Below are positions 13,714 through 28,080 of a stretch of DNA of 64,000 nucleotides, in pieces. The notes below the pieces were generated by a model. The model searched no databases and had not been told where the DNA came from. It saw nothing but the letters and a program-made list of their open reading frames with translations. The translations under genes were made by a program, and so were the position numbers. This DNA is from Chrysomallon squamiferum (Eukaryota > Animalia > Mollusca), in assembly GCA_012295275.1 (NCBI GenBank), contig CM022666.1, forward strand, positions 14,384,001-14,448,000, given 5' to 3'. Numbering within the stretch: position 1 is the stretch's first letter; every line of letters begins with the position of its first letter.

Positions 13714-16700
13714 TTGTCTATTTTCACTATGTAAAAACGAATAGAGGTAAAACACTTGTAACTGACTTTCATGGTGTAGGACGTTCAAAGTCATTCATTG
13801 TAAGCAGCTGTTATTTGTATCGTCGTAACAACAAAACTTGTAACATGATCAGGATGTGTAAATTCTTAACGAAACTAAGGTGTATAAAATTTCAGAATCT
13901 AATCTGTTCATCAGAATCTCAGCCGCGTAGGTAGAGAAAGAATAATCTGTTTCAAATGTGCTAAGTAATTGTATGAAGATATAGATGTAATTTCAGGGTC
14001 TGTCACATTGTTTCACCATGTAGTAAAAATTTAACATACTCATATAATAAGAAGAAATGCAAAAACATTTTAATTAATTAAATAAAAACCCAAAGAAATG
14101 CAATTAATTAAACTGCTTTATAAAAGTCATAAAGTGATAAAAATCTTGTATTAGAATATTCATTGTGATAAATCTGGTTTTGAATGTAAAGAGAGAAAAA
14201 TTATAAACCACAGCTAACAGAGATGTTATTTTTATTTCTTTGTATTAACAAAGAAACAGATTTTTTATGTGTAAGACAGAAGCGGCAATCTCGAAGTTTG
14301 TGTAACGTTGGATGTATTTGTGCACACTATTACTGTAATCAAGAAGAAATAAGAAAGACAAAAAATATAAAACAAGAAAGAAAACAAATTAAATAACAGC
14401 AAAGCAGTAAAAGTTGTGTAAATTTTCACGTTTTATAACAAAATTCGTTTCTCAGAAACAGTCATTTTCATAATTAAATTAGAAATCAGTTTTACTATTT
14501 TTTATTAAAATATCTTCTACATTTAGACTTAATCAAAATGCACGGAATAGTGTAGTCAGTATTGCCTTGAGAAATTAATTAAATAAATAGACAAAAGTTG
14601 TATTCAGTTATCAGGAGCAAGAAGTTTTTAGTTTTCTTCACTGAATTATTTTTTTCTTACATAAGTAAAGTCAAGAAATAACCACAGTTATCGTCTATTA
14701 TTAATTTTATATTTATTTTTCATCCTGTGCTAAATCTAATAAATTCGTCTTTACACTGTCATTCCCACGGAATCAATTAATATGTTGAGAATACGAAAGG
14801 CAATTCATTTATCTTTAAATAGAATATACAACAACAACATAATAGGTTTAAAACTGACTGTTATATGATATAAATTATCTATGCAGAAACTTGTAATACA
14901 AACTATTGATCTTTTATATGATTTACGCATTATACGTTTCCTTGTTTAACGTTTAGCAAATGATGTACGTTTTCTTCTCAGCCATCAGAAATTACTTTTC
15001 GTGTTTGTAGCATTGAAATCAGATATTTAGCAATAGGTAAAACATGAAATGCAGTTTGTGGAGGTAGCTGCTATGTACGGTTGTTATAATCAGTACGTCC
15101 ACATAATAATACCTTATCTGAGGTCTTCACTCGTTTTATAATTTCATTATTTTTGCTGCAACAAATTAAATAATACGTTAAAGAGAAAATACAATGTTGA
15201 ACAAATTTGATTTATTAGAATGGAACAACATTATACCCGCTTGAAACTTTCAGATCCGACCCTGACTAGAAGAAATAAATAACTGAAGAATGTGATGACT
15301 CACTCGTCTCACAACGTAAATAAGAGTTTGAGTTTACACAGAGTAAAAAGTTAAATCAGTGATGTGGAAAGTGGACTTCGGTTATATGAAACCCGCGGTT
15401 CTCGCGCGTTTTCTATGCCGGGGAGGTAAACGACAATTAGTACCTTTGAAAATTTCCATTAAAATATAACCAAAGAAAACTGCTCATTATTTATGATCAA
15501 GAAGAAAAAAGCTACGAACACAGGGATATTAAAAAAATAATAAAAAAATAAAAAATATCTTTAAACTTTATTAAAAAATTACTCTATTGTCTTAACAAGG
15601 TTATTAGATACAACCCTGTTTAAAAGAAAGAGGTCACGAGGCGTAGTGATATTACCGCAGTGGTTAATATTAACCATATAAGGAGATTTTGAATACCTGC
15701 AGTTGTGGGACTATTTTCGCAGTGTTATCACGTGATGTAGGACGGCAAACTATGAAGATTTTTTTCTTTTTAACCATTAGCAGCAAGGTGCGTAGAGAAA
15801 TAACAAAAGTAATAATCATCAACTTTATTGACGGTAGCAAGTTTAAAGATATAAGTAACTGTTAACATCACAAACTGTGTTTGTAAATAGGAACAGATAC
15901 AAATATATAACGACTTTAGTATCTCATATCATTACAAACAGTGGTTTAAAGCAAATAATTTTTGTTTTTTAAATTCTGGTGTGACGAGGTAAATAACTAT
16001 TACCAAGGAAACCTTGTTTAATAACTAATACAGTTACAAACTGTATGTAGGATGATATAAAGACTTTAATACGGACCAAAGTTACAAAAAGTGTTTGTAA
16101 CAGCAAGAAGATTTAAAAGAAAATTTGATTATATCACAGGTATTGTCTCTTCAATTTTGATTTATAAAATTAGCCGTATAATTCATTCGTTATTACTACA
16201 TCGGTAGTACTAATAGCAGTAGTTGTTACAATCGTGGTGGTAGTAGTAGTAATGGTAATGGTGGTGGAAGTAGTGGTAGTGATGATGATGATAATAATAA
16301 TAATGTAAATTCAGTAGAGCATTGCGGTACACGGATCAATTTTCATTTTGCATTAGCGCAGTGACATGAAGACTTGTTAGAAGATTGTAAACCAAATGAG
16401 CAGATTTTGTTTTGGAAGTTTACTGTTTCTTTAAGATAGGTTTAAAATAACTGTTATCATCACATTTGGCAGAGCTCCTACCCAGAGTTCACTAGGAAGA
16501 TGTAAAGTTATGTTGTACAAACAAGAATGGCTTGGATAAACCAGTCTGCTGAATATATATTTTGTAATAAAATAATTACTTTTTTTTTAATGTGAGAAAA
16601 ATACTAACAATAAGAACCCATCTCATTTCAGATTAAGCCTGAAACAGCTTAACCTATAATTTCATAGCACAAGAAAGTTTGAACAAGAAACAATGTCTGA

Positions 16701-16803
16701 AAGGAACACTGACTCAAAGTGAAATTAATAGACGCGTCTTAACTATGCAACAAATTTGATCTTCAGTGAATACACACTACTGAAACAAATTCGACTATAG
16801 ACA

Positions 16804-18175
16804 ATGGCGGAAGCGGTTGCCGTTCCTTTGCTCGAAATAAAAGACGAGTTCGTGATTTGTGAAGTGTGTTTAGAATATTTTGACGATGCCGGTAGAATGC
16901 CTTATGTTTTGCCTTGTAACCACACCTTTTGTTATCAGTGTCTGGAAGCTCTTTGGCAGAAATCAACGGAAGGTGTAACATGTCCGAACTGTCGGAAACT
17001 GTGGCCTGTTGAAAACAGCATTGAGACAACATTTCCTAAGAATAAAACTGTTTGTAACCTTGTTGAGTACATTGCACTAAAAAACAATCCAGAGAAAGTT
17101 ATGTGCAAGAAATGTCCCAACAGTTCTGTGGCAACTCTGCACTGTCTCGACTGTTCTGAGCCGATGTGCGAGTTTTGCTCTGGATTCCATAAAAAGTTTA
17201 CACTTTTACAACATCACAAGACTGTTCCAATATCCCAGTTGTCAGAAAGCGACTTTTTCCAGCACCGAGATAGTTGCGAGCAACACAACAATATAAAAAA
17301 AGAACTTTTCTGCAAAACATGTTCGTTAGCTGTCTGTTCGTCCTGCGTTCTTGTAGGACATTTGAATCACACTCTGTCTAACACTAAAGATGTCTACGAT
17401 GAACATAAAGAACGAATCAAAACTGCCTTGAGTGATTTACTTGAATCAAGAAAACATTGCACAGCATACAGAGAGAAACTAAGTGAAGAAAAGAACTCAC
17501 TTGATAAAATACAGCACGATCTTGTAAATGAGATTGATGAAATGCACAAGACAATAGTAGACAAGATTAGTGTCGTCACAACACAGATGAAGGAAGACGT
17601 AGTGTCCAGTGTAAGAAAACAAAAATCTGACAGAGATGAACAGCTGCAAGTTGTGGAAAAGACAGAAAAGTTAAACGATGAACATTTTCTTTATTTTCAA
17701 AAAGTATTACAATTTGCGACAGAGATTGAACTTATCGAGACGTCAGGAATGCTCGAAAACAAAACAAAATCTTTGTCGCTTTCACTGCCTGAACTGCAAA
17801 TAGAGAATGTTAATGTAGATTTCAAGCTTTTAAAACGTGTTGAAAGAAGCTTAGACAAATCAGCAATCGTGTGTAACGTCTCGCAGTTCCGTCCTTACAT
17901 TGAGTTGTCTGACGTTGGAACGGGACAAGTCTCCGACGTTCTCAAGTACACACTGTTGTTAGAAGAACATGATGATGAAAATATAAAAATAGATGCCGTT
18001 ATCGAACCGCCTGGAGGAAACGAGCCAGCTGTAAAACAAACGTTGACTTCTGTTTCTGCTATTACTGGAAGTTTCCAGTTCAAACCCGAGGTGACAGGTC
18101 CGCACAAAATCTCACTCACTGTGAACGGAGAAAAGTTACAAGAGGAACAGTTTGTGTTTCACAGCAGAGAAAACG
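16804..18175 (+). CDS. TRIM protein A, coding exon 1: RING, B-box1, B-box2, coiled coil, filamin/Ig-like domain
   Basis: C3HC4 RING (CEVC..PCNHTFCYQC..CPNC), B-box1 (CKKC..CLDC..CEFC..H..HH), B-box2 (CEQH..FCKTC..VCSSC..HLNH), helical region, then filamin-type motif FQFKPEVTGPHKISLTVNG. Donor ACG|GTGAGT after 18175 is phase 1. A likely UTR acceptor (TTTCAG) lies near 16631. Confidence 0.92.
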
Positions 18176-19639
18176 GTGAGTTCGAAATAAATTCTTTATT
18201 GTTTTAACATCTTGAAAATAACATAAATATGAGGCAATCAGATTCTTGGTTCGAAGAATTTTTATTATGTATGTATGTATGTATGTATGTATGTATAATT
18301 TCTATCCGATAAATGGCGTCACGGGATCAGTTGATAAAACAGATTGCTTCAATTAATTTTATTTATTGGTTTATATTTTGTTATTCAGAAAATGTTAGTC
18401 GCTAGTAAGAACATGTTTTTAAGTAATCTAATACTTTGTTTGCAAATAAAACTAATTTTATTATTCATTTAACTACTTACCACTATCAATACGGCCGTCA
18501 AAATCGCGTAACTATAGAAGATGCATTATCATGGCAACCACTGAGTTACAACCACATCACGACACTGTCGACACTTACTGTCACTATCAGTGTAGTAATA
18601 GTTTGACTACTTTTATTTTCTTGTGCAGTTTCAGTTGGTAACAGTGTATGAGAATATAGTACAATTATAAAATATCTGGACTCCGCCATTAATTTTCTGA
18701 TTAAGTCTAACGTTTAAACACCTAAATAATTAAATAAATTCAGCGAAATTAATTGTTATTGTTGTTTTCAGTCGGCAGATTTTACTTTTAGGGCATTTTT
18801 TAACAGCACCTACAACAGCGCATGGTTGTTTTAAGCAATGTTTTTAAGTTTTTAATAAATCGTGTAGAAAGTTAGTAATGGTAATATGAAAATAAAAATA
18901 GTACATCACTTATGCGTTTATTATTCTATTTATAAAAATTGACTATAGAGATAGGATTCCTATAATTTAAAAGTAGGACAGTATCCAATAACTGGTTCAA
19001 ACTGGTGCACATGTATGATATTTAAAAATCGTCTGCTGAAGAGTTGTGGAGAGATCACATTACCGTAATAACCTACAATATCGTCGTGCTGTCAATGTTA
19101 ATCGTTGTTTCATGATAACTGAAAATATACAATATGGCCGCAGTTAAGTCAGTATCCAGTGAAATGAGTAATGGACACTTACGAGAGAAAACATGCAGCT
19201 ACAAATATATATTACATTTACTGTAAGATATATAAATAGTATCTGCAATAGAAATTGCTCATTTAATACAAATTGTGCTTATGCATCGTTTGAAAAGTCA
19301 GATCTCAGCGTTGCAGGTTACAACATTTGCGTTTAGCACAATAACTGTTAGTCTTTGTACAAATTATAGGTGCGCGTACGTTACACTTCATGCGCTCAAT
19401 GCTAAATTTAGTAAAGACTTATCATGTGGTCAATTTTGTAACAAACAACTGAGCTCTGGAAGTGAAACTTGGCTGCCAGCTTACAACTCGCGTTTGTTAA
19501 ACTTACTGAAATTGATATGCATGGAACTCTAAAACACAGACGATTATTTTGTCTGCAAAATTCTCACGATAAACGGCAAAAATGAAACTCGATGAATCCA
19601 AAATTTCTTACTCGATTGCTGAATTAAAACTAATCACTC

Positions 19640-19715
<76 letters not shown>

Positions 19716-20008
19716 TTTTGTTAAGTATCAGTAATTGATTTTTGAAAGATTGTTTATTTTTCCTTTAAGTGATGATTACATTCAATGGAGAAAATACCAA
19801 CAGTGGTCACATGATAGATAACTTTTGTTTTCAGTCAAATCACAGCTACACAAAACTAAGAATTGTTTTTTTCTGTTTCAAATATCCGAGTTATTTATTG
19901 TCCCTGATTAGTATCTCCAACACTTTTCTGGAATGGGCTCAAAGCTTTCGCTGAGTTTGTGTATTTCAGAAAATTGTGGTTAAAAATCAAATGCTTGTAG
20001 TCATTTTA

Positions 20009-20055
<47 letters not shown>

Positions 20056-20207
20056 TATGTGTGAGTTTGTATGTATTTATATGACTATACATATATCACA
20101 GCACCATTATACTTTTTTTTACAAACTATATTTTTAAAATACTTAAGACTGAAAAATCATGTGTAAAGAAAAGTTATTCTCTGCTGTTCAGAGTTGTTAG
20201 TCACATA

Positions 20208-20242
<35 letters not shown>

Positions 20243-21051
20243 GTGACATTTTAACCACCTTAAAATGCAATAATATGACTCTCAATACTTTAAAAAAAAA
20301 AAAAAAAAACATCTAAACTTCAAACGTAAATTATTCGAAAATAAAATAAAATAAAATAAAATTTAACCCATTGAGGGAAAAAAAAAAATAGAAAACACGT
20401 TGCTCTTTAATCAGACACTGTGTCCTAATTCTGTAGCTTCAGGCATGTGGGCGGAGCTACTGTTTACAGTGCATCTAAAAATAGACGCAGTCTGAAATTT
20501 GTATAAGCGCTGTAACAGAAAAATAAAAATAAAAACATAAAATAAAGAACAAAAAGCAAAGTTTATTTGTTATTTTAAACAATAATTTTCCATTAATACT
20601 AATTTGATGTTGGTAGCATTTCGAGCATTGTCATCGCGTAAGACTTTATTTTGTGTATAAAATAATTTCCAAGTACATTCATGGTTCAACATTGATTAAA
20701 CGTTATTATTATGGTTACTACGGTAGATTTTATTTCTACGTAAGCTGACCTACTTATAACATCGAGTCGCGTGTCTTGTCTGGTTCGAGCACATTTTGAG
20801 AAGCGAACATCGAGGCGGTATTTTTCATTGTTAACAGGTTCACAAATTTTGAATGAATGTATAGATTTTGTATAGATAAGTAGATAACGTGTTTTCAGTT
20901 TAATTAGGTAGTTAATATTTTAATAGTTCTGTCATTCAGTATTTTTATTTTTCACACTTCTATTCCTAATTAGTAAAGTAATAAAAAGTTTTACTACTAA
21001 TTTTTAATTTTGTTAAGATACTACTAGTATTACTTCTGATTTTACAGTTGT

Positions 21052-21121
<70 letters not shown>

Positions 21122-21128
21122 TTTACAG

Positions 21129-21206
21129 AATCACCTGAAACAAGAAAACTTCTGTGTTTAAAACCTGAACCTGTCAGTCACAGAGGAATCTACAGAGAAG
21201 TTTCAT
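21129..21206 (+). CDS. TRIM protein A, coding exon 2 (78 nt, phase 1-1 linker)
   Basis: TTTACAG|AATCACC...TTTCAT|GTAAGT; reads (E)SPETRKLLCLKPEPVSHRGIYREVS in frame with both neighbouring exons. Identical copy at 59096-59173. Confidence 0.8.
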
Positions 21207-21538
21207 GTAAGTAACAATTTTTATTTATTTACTTCTAAATATAACAATGATGTTAAAAATACATTATGATAATGTTGATAAAGACAACAATAATAATAAG
21301 AAGAAATAATCTTTAAAAAATATTTAATTATCCGTTATGTATATTGAAAGTAAACAACATTATAATAAAATTTAAATGTAGAAAGAAATTATTTTAATAA
21401 AACATTTTATTTATTTACTTTCATTTTTTAAGTGTAAAAACACAAGTTTTAAAATTGTATTTGATTGTTAACAATTGTATAAAGTGACAGTGCAGTTTGT
21501 AAAAGTGAAATATTTAACAACATATTTTATTTTCACAG

Positions 21539-22188
21539 TGACTCCAATGAAGTTTTCAGAAAAAACACTAAACTGGGAGGAATGTTGTATTAATGAAAAC
21601 AAGGAATTAGTTAACAAAAGATCTGTAGAAGAAAACCAAAATGAAGACAGGATGAAAGTTATGAGTGGAGTAACAGGAGACATAAGTTTTACAGAAAACA
21701 AATGTTACATTTGGGAAAGTAAAATAACCTGTCACATTTTAGAAAGTGCAGAACTGGGAATAAAGTAGCAGCTCAGATTGGAGTCTGTGAGGAGAGACAT
21801 TGTGATGAGGAATTTCAAATAGCTAAAAATAAACATGCTTGGTGTGTTAGTTTTATCAGCTGTAAACAACACAACAAAATGTGTTTTCGTGTTTTCTCCT
21901 GTGGTGAAGGTACAGTGTGATGTTCCAGTGTGTGACTATAAAACAAACACACTAGTCCACACATCACTTACACTAGTACTAGACACACAAAGTAAAACAC
22001 TGCACATAATAAACACAGACACTAACACACTTGTACACACACTGACTGATGTTGACGTGTCACAACCGTTGATACCTGTGTTTGCTGTTTACAGTCCTCA
22101 TTATTTTGATGTGAAAGTGAAAATTTTACCTGATTTATCAAAGAATTTCACTTTGCTCAAACTGATCTCTTCTTTAATCTGCCCATAA
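21539..22188 (+). pseudogene. TRIM protein A terminal exon: Cys-rich PRY-SPRY/B30.2-like domain, frameshifted in this assembly
   Basis: Acceptor TTTTCACAG|TG is phase 1. SPRY-like motifs GVTGD.SF..K.YIWE, IGVC, HAWC, LVLD..KTL, PLIPVF. Compared with the two paralogues there is a +2 insertion near 21755 (giving TAG at 21766-21768) and a +1 insertion near 21912. Confidence 0.8.
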
Positions 22189-23237
22189 AGTAAAATTATT
22201 TAACAAAACAGTAATTACTTTAAAAACAAACAACAAAAGTAAATTTGTAAAGTAAATAACTGTCTGTCTGTCTGTTATTGTTTATCTCTGTACTATATTT
22301 AAATAAACTAAATATAAATATTCTCAGTGACAAACACAGGCTATCAGTGTCATCCACACACACATACACAAACACACACATACACATATTTATACACACA
22401 TATAGATGCACACACAGACATACAGATGTACAGTTGTACACACACATGGACTATTACACTTACTATCTAAATTATTTGTAAAAGTAATAAATTTAGTAAA
22501 TTTTCAGTTTTAAATCTCATTAGAAGTAATCCTCAGTCTACAGTGTCTCTCTACACCTCCACTCCATGTTGACTATCTAGTCTACTTTGTTAATTAGTTA
22601 ACTCTTTATGTGCTGTGTACCTGTGTTTTTGTGAAGAGTAAATTAACTGTTTGAACACATTACACTGTATTACAATACACGTGTAACAGGTAAATGTTTC
22701 ACTTTATATTTCTGATTTAAACTGAAATGAAGTTTTTATTTTATACACTTAAACTGTGATTTCATTTAAATAATGAGTGAAAGGAGACTAGAATTTACAT
22801 AGTTTTTTATTAGAATGAATTGCTGATTTCATATTTCATGTATTTATTGTTACTGCAGTAAATTATGACAATAGTAATGTTTTGTGAAATCTGTGGATAT
22901 TGTGCAATGTATCATTACTGAATTGTGTACTTCATTTAACATAAGAAATTGTAAAAAATATTGTTGAATTTTTGTTTATTTAATGCTTGTTAATTTGATG
23001 TCAGAATTATTGATTGATTTAAAAAAAAAAAATAATAATAAATGTGATATTCTAAAACTGATTTTTGTTTTTACTGCTAAATGTGTATAATGTTTATGTA
23101 GAAAATGATTGCTGTGTTATTTTTCATTCATTCCTTCTTTGTTTCCTTCCTTAGTTTTATATTTATTATTATATTTATTACTTTAATATTTTTTTTCATT
23201 TTAACTTCTTCATTTCTTCCTGACTGGCATTCATCTC

Positions 23238-23437
23238 NNNNNNNNNNNNNNNNNNNNNNNNNNNNNNNNNNNNNNNNNNNNNNNNNNNNNNNNNNNNNNN
23301 NNNNNNNNNNNNNNNNNNNNNNNNNNNNNNNNNNNNNNNNNNNNNNNNNNNNNNNNNNNNNNNNNNNNNNNNNNNNNNNNNNNNNNNNNNNNNNNNNNNN
23401 NNNNNNNNNNNNNNNNNNNNNNNNNNNNNNNNNNNNN
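23238..23437. other. Assembly gap (200 N)
   Basis: Run of N. True size and contiguity across it are unknown. Confidence 0.99.
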
Positions 23438-24294
23438 TCTTTAACATCAGAAAAACAACAACCCCAAAACAAACAAACAAAAACAAACAAATATACGTCG
23501 ATGTGTTTGTATGTGCATGTGTGAGAGGGACAGAATTTTTGAAGATACTTCTTAGAATAACAGTGCAAACAAATTTTAAAATGTTTGTTTTATATATTGT
23601 TTCAACTATATAAACCTCATTTAATCGAAAGAAAAGTTATAATTTCTCAATTTTATGTTACTTCATGTTTAATCGATGTATGACTATACTTATATTAACG
23701 TGAACTTCAGTCAACAAAAGAAATCATCGCCATGGTTACATCAGAAACAAATATTCGCGTATTAAACTTGGAGAACAAAACAGTAGAGACTTCAAAGTCT
23801 GATTAATAATCAGAAAAAAGAAAATCAACAAAATAAATTCCATGTATGCTTTAATTAATTAATTAACTAATTATGTTGGTGTTTCTTTGTTTCTGGCAGC
23901 ACAAAAAATTTAAAGAAGACACAAACAGACAGCTAAAAGGAACGAGCGGAGAACAAACAAAAGCATTTTAATATTAATCCTTGGAAATTTTAAGTGAGAT
24001 GTAAAAATAAGTAAGTAAGTAAGTAAATATAATAAAAATAAATGTGAATGAATAAACAGAAATATGAAAAGGAGGAAAAGAAGGAAGAAAAAAAAGAACT
24101 TAAAATAGTATCAGGGTTAAAACCAACAACACTTGAAGCATACACCACTTGAAATTTTATAACGCGGCTTTGTCTAGAAGTGACAAAGTACGATGACTCA
24201 CTCAAGTTTCACAGTCCAAATAAGCAGTGATCCTTGGTTACACACAAACACAGGTAAAGACACGTCTTTATAGCAAGGGAGGTATATGATAAAA

Positions 24295-24747
<453 letters not shown>

Positions 24748-26226
24748 GATGAACGTTAGAAAAAAACATGAAGCAAAGAAGAACAGAAATGAAATAGTAA
24801 GAAAGCAATAAACGTTGTGCAAGTTGTCACGTTTTATGACAACGTTCGTTTCGGGAAGAATCAGTTTTATTTAGATTTAGTTGAAACACGCACGGAACAG
24901 ATTCAGTCGGTATTGCTTTGAGAAAAATTAATTAAAGAAATACACAAACCTTGTTTCCAGTCATCAGAAGCAGGACATTATTTATTTAATTTGTATTTAT
25001 ATTTTTTTGTTTTCAGTTAAAACTCACAAAATATAAAATTTTCCTCGCTTGATTAATTTACTTTGTTCTTACTAGATTGATCTGTAGATGAACTATACGA
25101 CTCCAAAATAATGTAGACAATGCTCATTTTAAAACTGACTGTTATATGACATGAAGTATGAGTAGAGACGCCGTTAATACAAGATATTTATCTTCTATAG
25201 GATTTACGCGTTATAGACTTTCTTCAACAATGTCTGTTCAAAGAAGAACATTTATTATATGTTACAAATAGGATGGGATAACTTTGTTAGACAGAGATAA
25301 TAATAGGTGACACAATTTCAGGGAATATGCATAAAATAACTGACACATTTCAGTGATAATGCATAATTTATGATTATACGCATTTGCTGTGACACACACA
25401 CGCACGCTCATATACACACGTACATATGTACGGACAGAAAATAAATGAAGAAACAACAGGAATAAAAAAAGAACTTGTGAATACTATCCCGTTTTAGAAG
25501 AACATCTTTTTCTCTCTCAAAGGAAGTATCTGCATTATAAAATAATTTTTTTTGAATTTTATTTATGACAGAGAAAATATTAAAGAACATTATACCTACT
25601 ATTTGTCAAATAACAGCTGTATTTTATCAAAATATATTATTAAATATTTAATTTAATCAAAAGAACACCTAAATATAATTAGCTGCTTAAGATATTAATA
25701 CAAGAAATAATTAAATTAAATATTTATGGGTAAGGGTGTGTGTGTTTGTATTATTTGATTATTATTATTTTTTTTTTCCTTTTTAATTTAATTTAATTTA
25801 AGAACATACATTATCTACACAGAACATAGAACTAGCTACTGCAAGGTCTTAAGCGTTATGCATTTTCTATGGTGTCAAGAGAAAATATTCTTTTTATTTG
25901 TTTTGAGGTCACTGAAATCAGTTCAGTACGCGATTAAAAAGTTCACTTAATTGACATGAAAATAAGTTTGTGTAGATAGTTGCTATGTAAGGTTTTTATA
26001 AACAGAATGTGCAGACAATCTCATCTCATCTGAGGTGTTCAATTCTTTCATGAGTTTAGTATATTTGACTGGAAACAAATTAAGAAATAATATAAGAAAC
26101 ATAAATTGAATGTTTAAAGAATTTCATATATTAAAATACAGTATAACTTTTGTAGAGATATGCTTGTTATTAATATGAATGAGATTAATTATTCTAAAAT
26201 ACAATTCTAGCAGAAAATAACGGATC

Positions 26227-26287
<61 letters not shown>

Positions 26288-28080
26288 AAAATCTTGAAAC
26301 AATAAAAATCAAACTAAGCATTCAAATTTGAATTACATATATATCTTGTTTCATCCTTATAGAAGTAGTATGAAGTATAATTTCTTGATTTTAAGTTTAG
26401 TTATGTTTAATAGGTGTATGTCTATAGTTATACCGACGTGAATTCCAGTCAAGAGGAACGATCATCGTTATGGTTACATGATAAACAAATGTTCGTTTGA
26501 CCCACGCGTGTTTAACCAGAGACAAAAACAATCAAGACTTCAGTGCCTGTCTAATAATCAGAAAAAAAGAGAAATGAACCAATTAAATTCTTGATTGTTT
26601 TTTGTTTTTTTATCATTTTATTTACTTAACTACTTAGTTATTTACTGGATTACAGATTTACTTATTTATTATTATTTTCATATTTCATATATATAACAAA
26701 TAAATAAATGAATAAATAAATAAACAGATAGAAATTAAATTTTAAAAAGAAGTAGAAAAAACGAAACGAAAATTAAGTGTATTAAACGAGAAATAAGTAA
26801 AAATTAAAATGACAGACGAGGTAAGCGATGAAAATACCTTTCCAGTTTTTTATTATCACAATATAGAAAATTGGACATTATTCGTGGAAGAAAAGGAGAA
26901 AAAATATATACACAGAGACATATAAAAGGACATGAAAATTATATTCAAACTTGAATATAAGTTTACTTTATGTGATAACACGCTGGAAGATTATGAGATA
27001 CGACTATGTTTAAAAAAGAAAGAGGTCACAAGGCGTAGTAATATTATTGAAGTGTTTAATACAAAACATATAAGGATATCTGGGGTATCTGCAGTGTGGG
27101 ACTATTTCTACAGGTTTCAAATAAAAAACCACGAAGGACACTCAACTGGGTCGAGTCTGAGTTGAAGTTAAAAGAAAATAACTGTCAACTTTGTCTTAAA
27201 ACAAGACTGAATTTTTGTTTCGGTAAGATCACTTTCTTATTCTTATATTATTATTAATACTGCTATTAGTGATATTGTTTGTATTGTTATTTTAGTTGTT
27301 ATTATTGTTGTTATTTTTTTATTATCTTTATTATTATTGATGTTATTTTTGTTGCGGCATATTAATGCAGTGTTGAAGACTTACACTGATTTCTATTAAT
27401 TACTGATCACTGTAAAGTCTATGGTATCTCTCACATTTTCATACGCCTTTCCATCAAAATGAACGTACATCCAAATTCGATAAACCAGTCGCTGTCACTG
27501 TCATTAGAAAGAAATAGTCTTATTGTTCCGGCAAAGAGGGACGAACGCGCGACCTGTCACTTCTCACACTTTTGTGTCCTGTCTGACACGCTCCTTACTT
27601 GTGTCCGTCGTTGCCAAGGTTCTTTTAGTGCTAGTCAAATTGTTGTAAAGATTTTATCTTTATTTTCATTTGCTGTTATGACAAAATCAACAACAACAAC
27701 AACAAAAACAAGTTCTGCTTTTCAACTGATAAACGTTCGAAATTTGTTAATTATGGAAATCTTGTTGATTCCTTAAATATTGGTAACCGTGCAATTCATG
27801 GATATAAAAGAAAATATTAATTTCTTCTTACGTAAATGACAAAGGAACCATAAATTTCAAGTTTTATCAAATTTATATAATTTATAATATGTTACATCAA
27901 AAACACGTTATTACAAAATAACAGTGTTGTAGGTATTGTTTACATTCTTACCATTACAGTTTTTATTTATTTATCAGTTATTCTTATTGTTACTGTTATT
28001 TGTCAATATAGTCAATATTACTTATCAAGACAAGCCAATTTGCTATGTTCATAAATACTTTCTAAGTAAATTCACACCAG

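Noticed and set aside
18176-18207. TRIM A (467 aa) and TRIM B (404 aa) ORFs as complete single-exon genes
   Set aside because: Both contain strong phase-1 donors shortly before the ORF end that match the downstream exons; the tails are intron read-through.
27936-28080. Hydrophobic signal-peptide-like leader on the 260-aa ORF (secreted SPRY protein)
   Set aside because: It starts at TTG rather than ATG and is T-rich intron-like sequence not shared with the paralogues.
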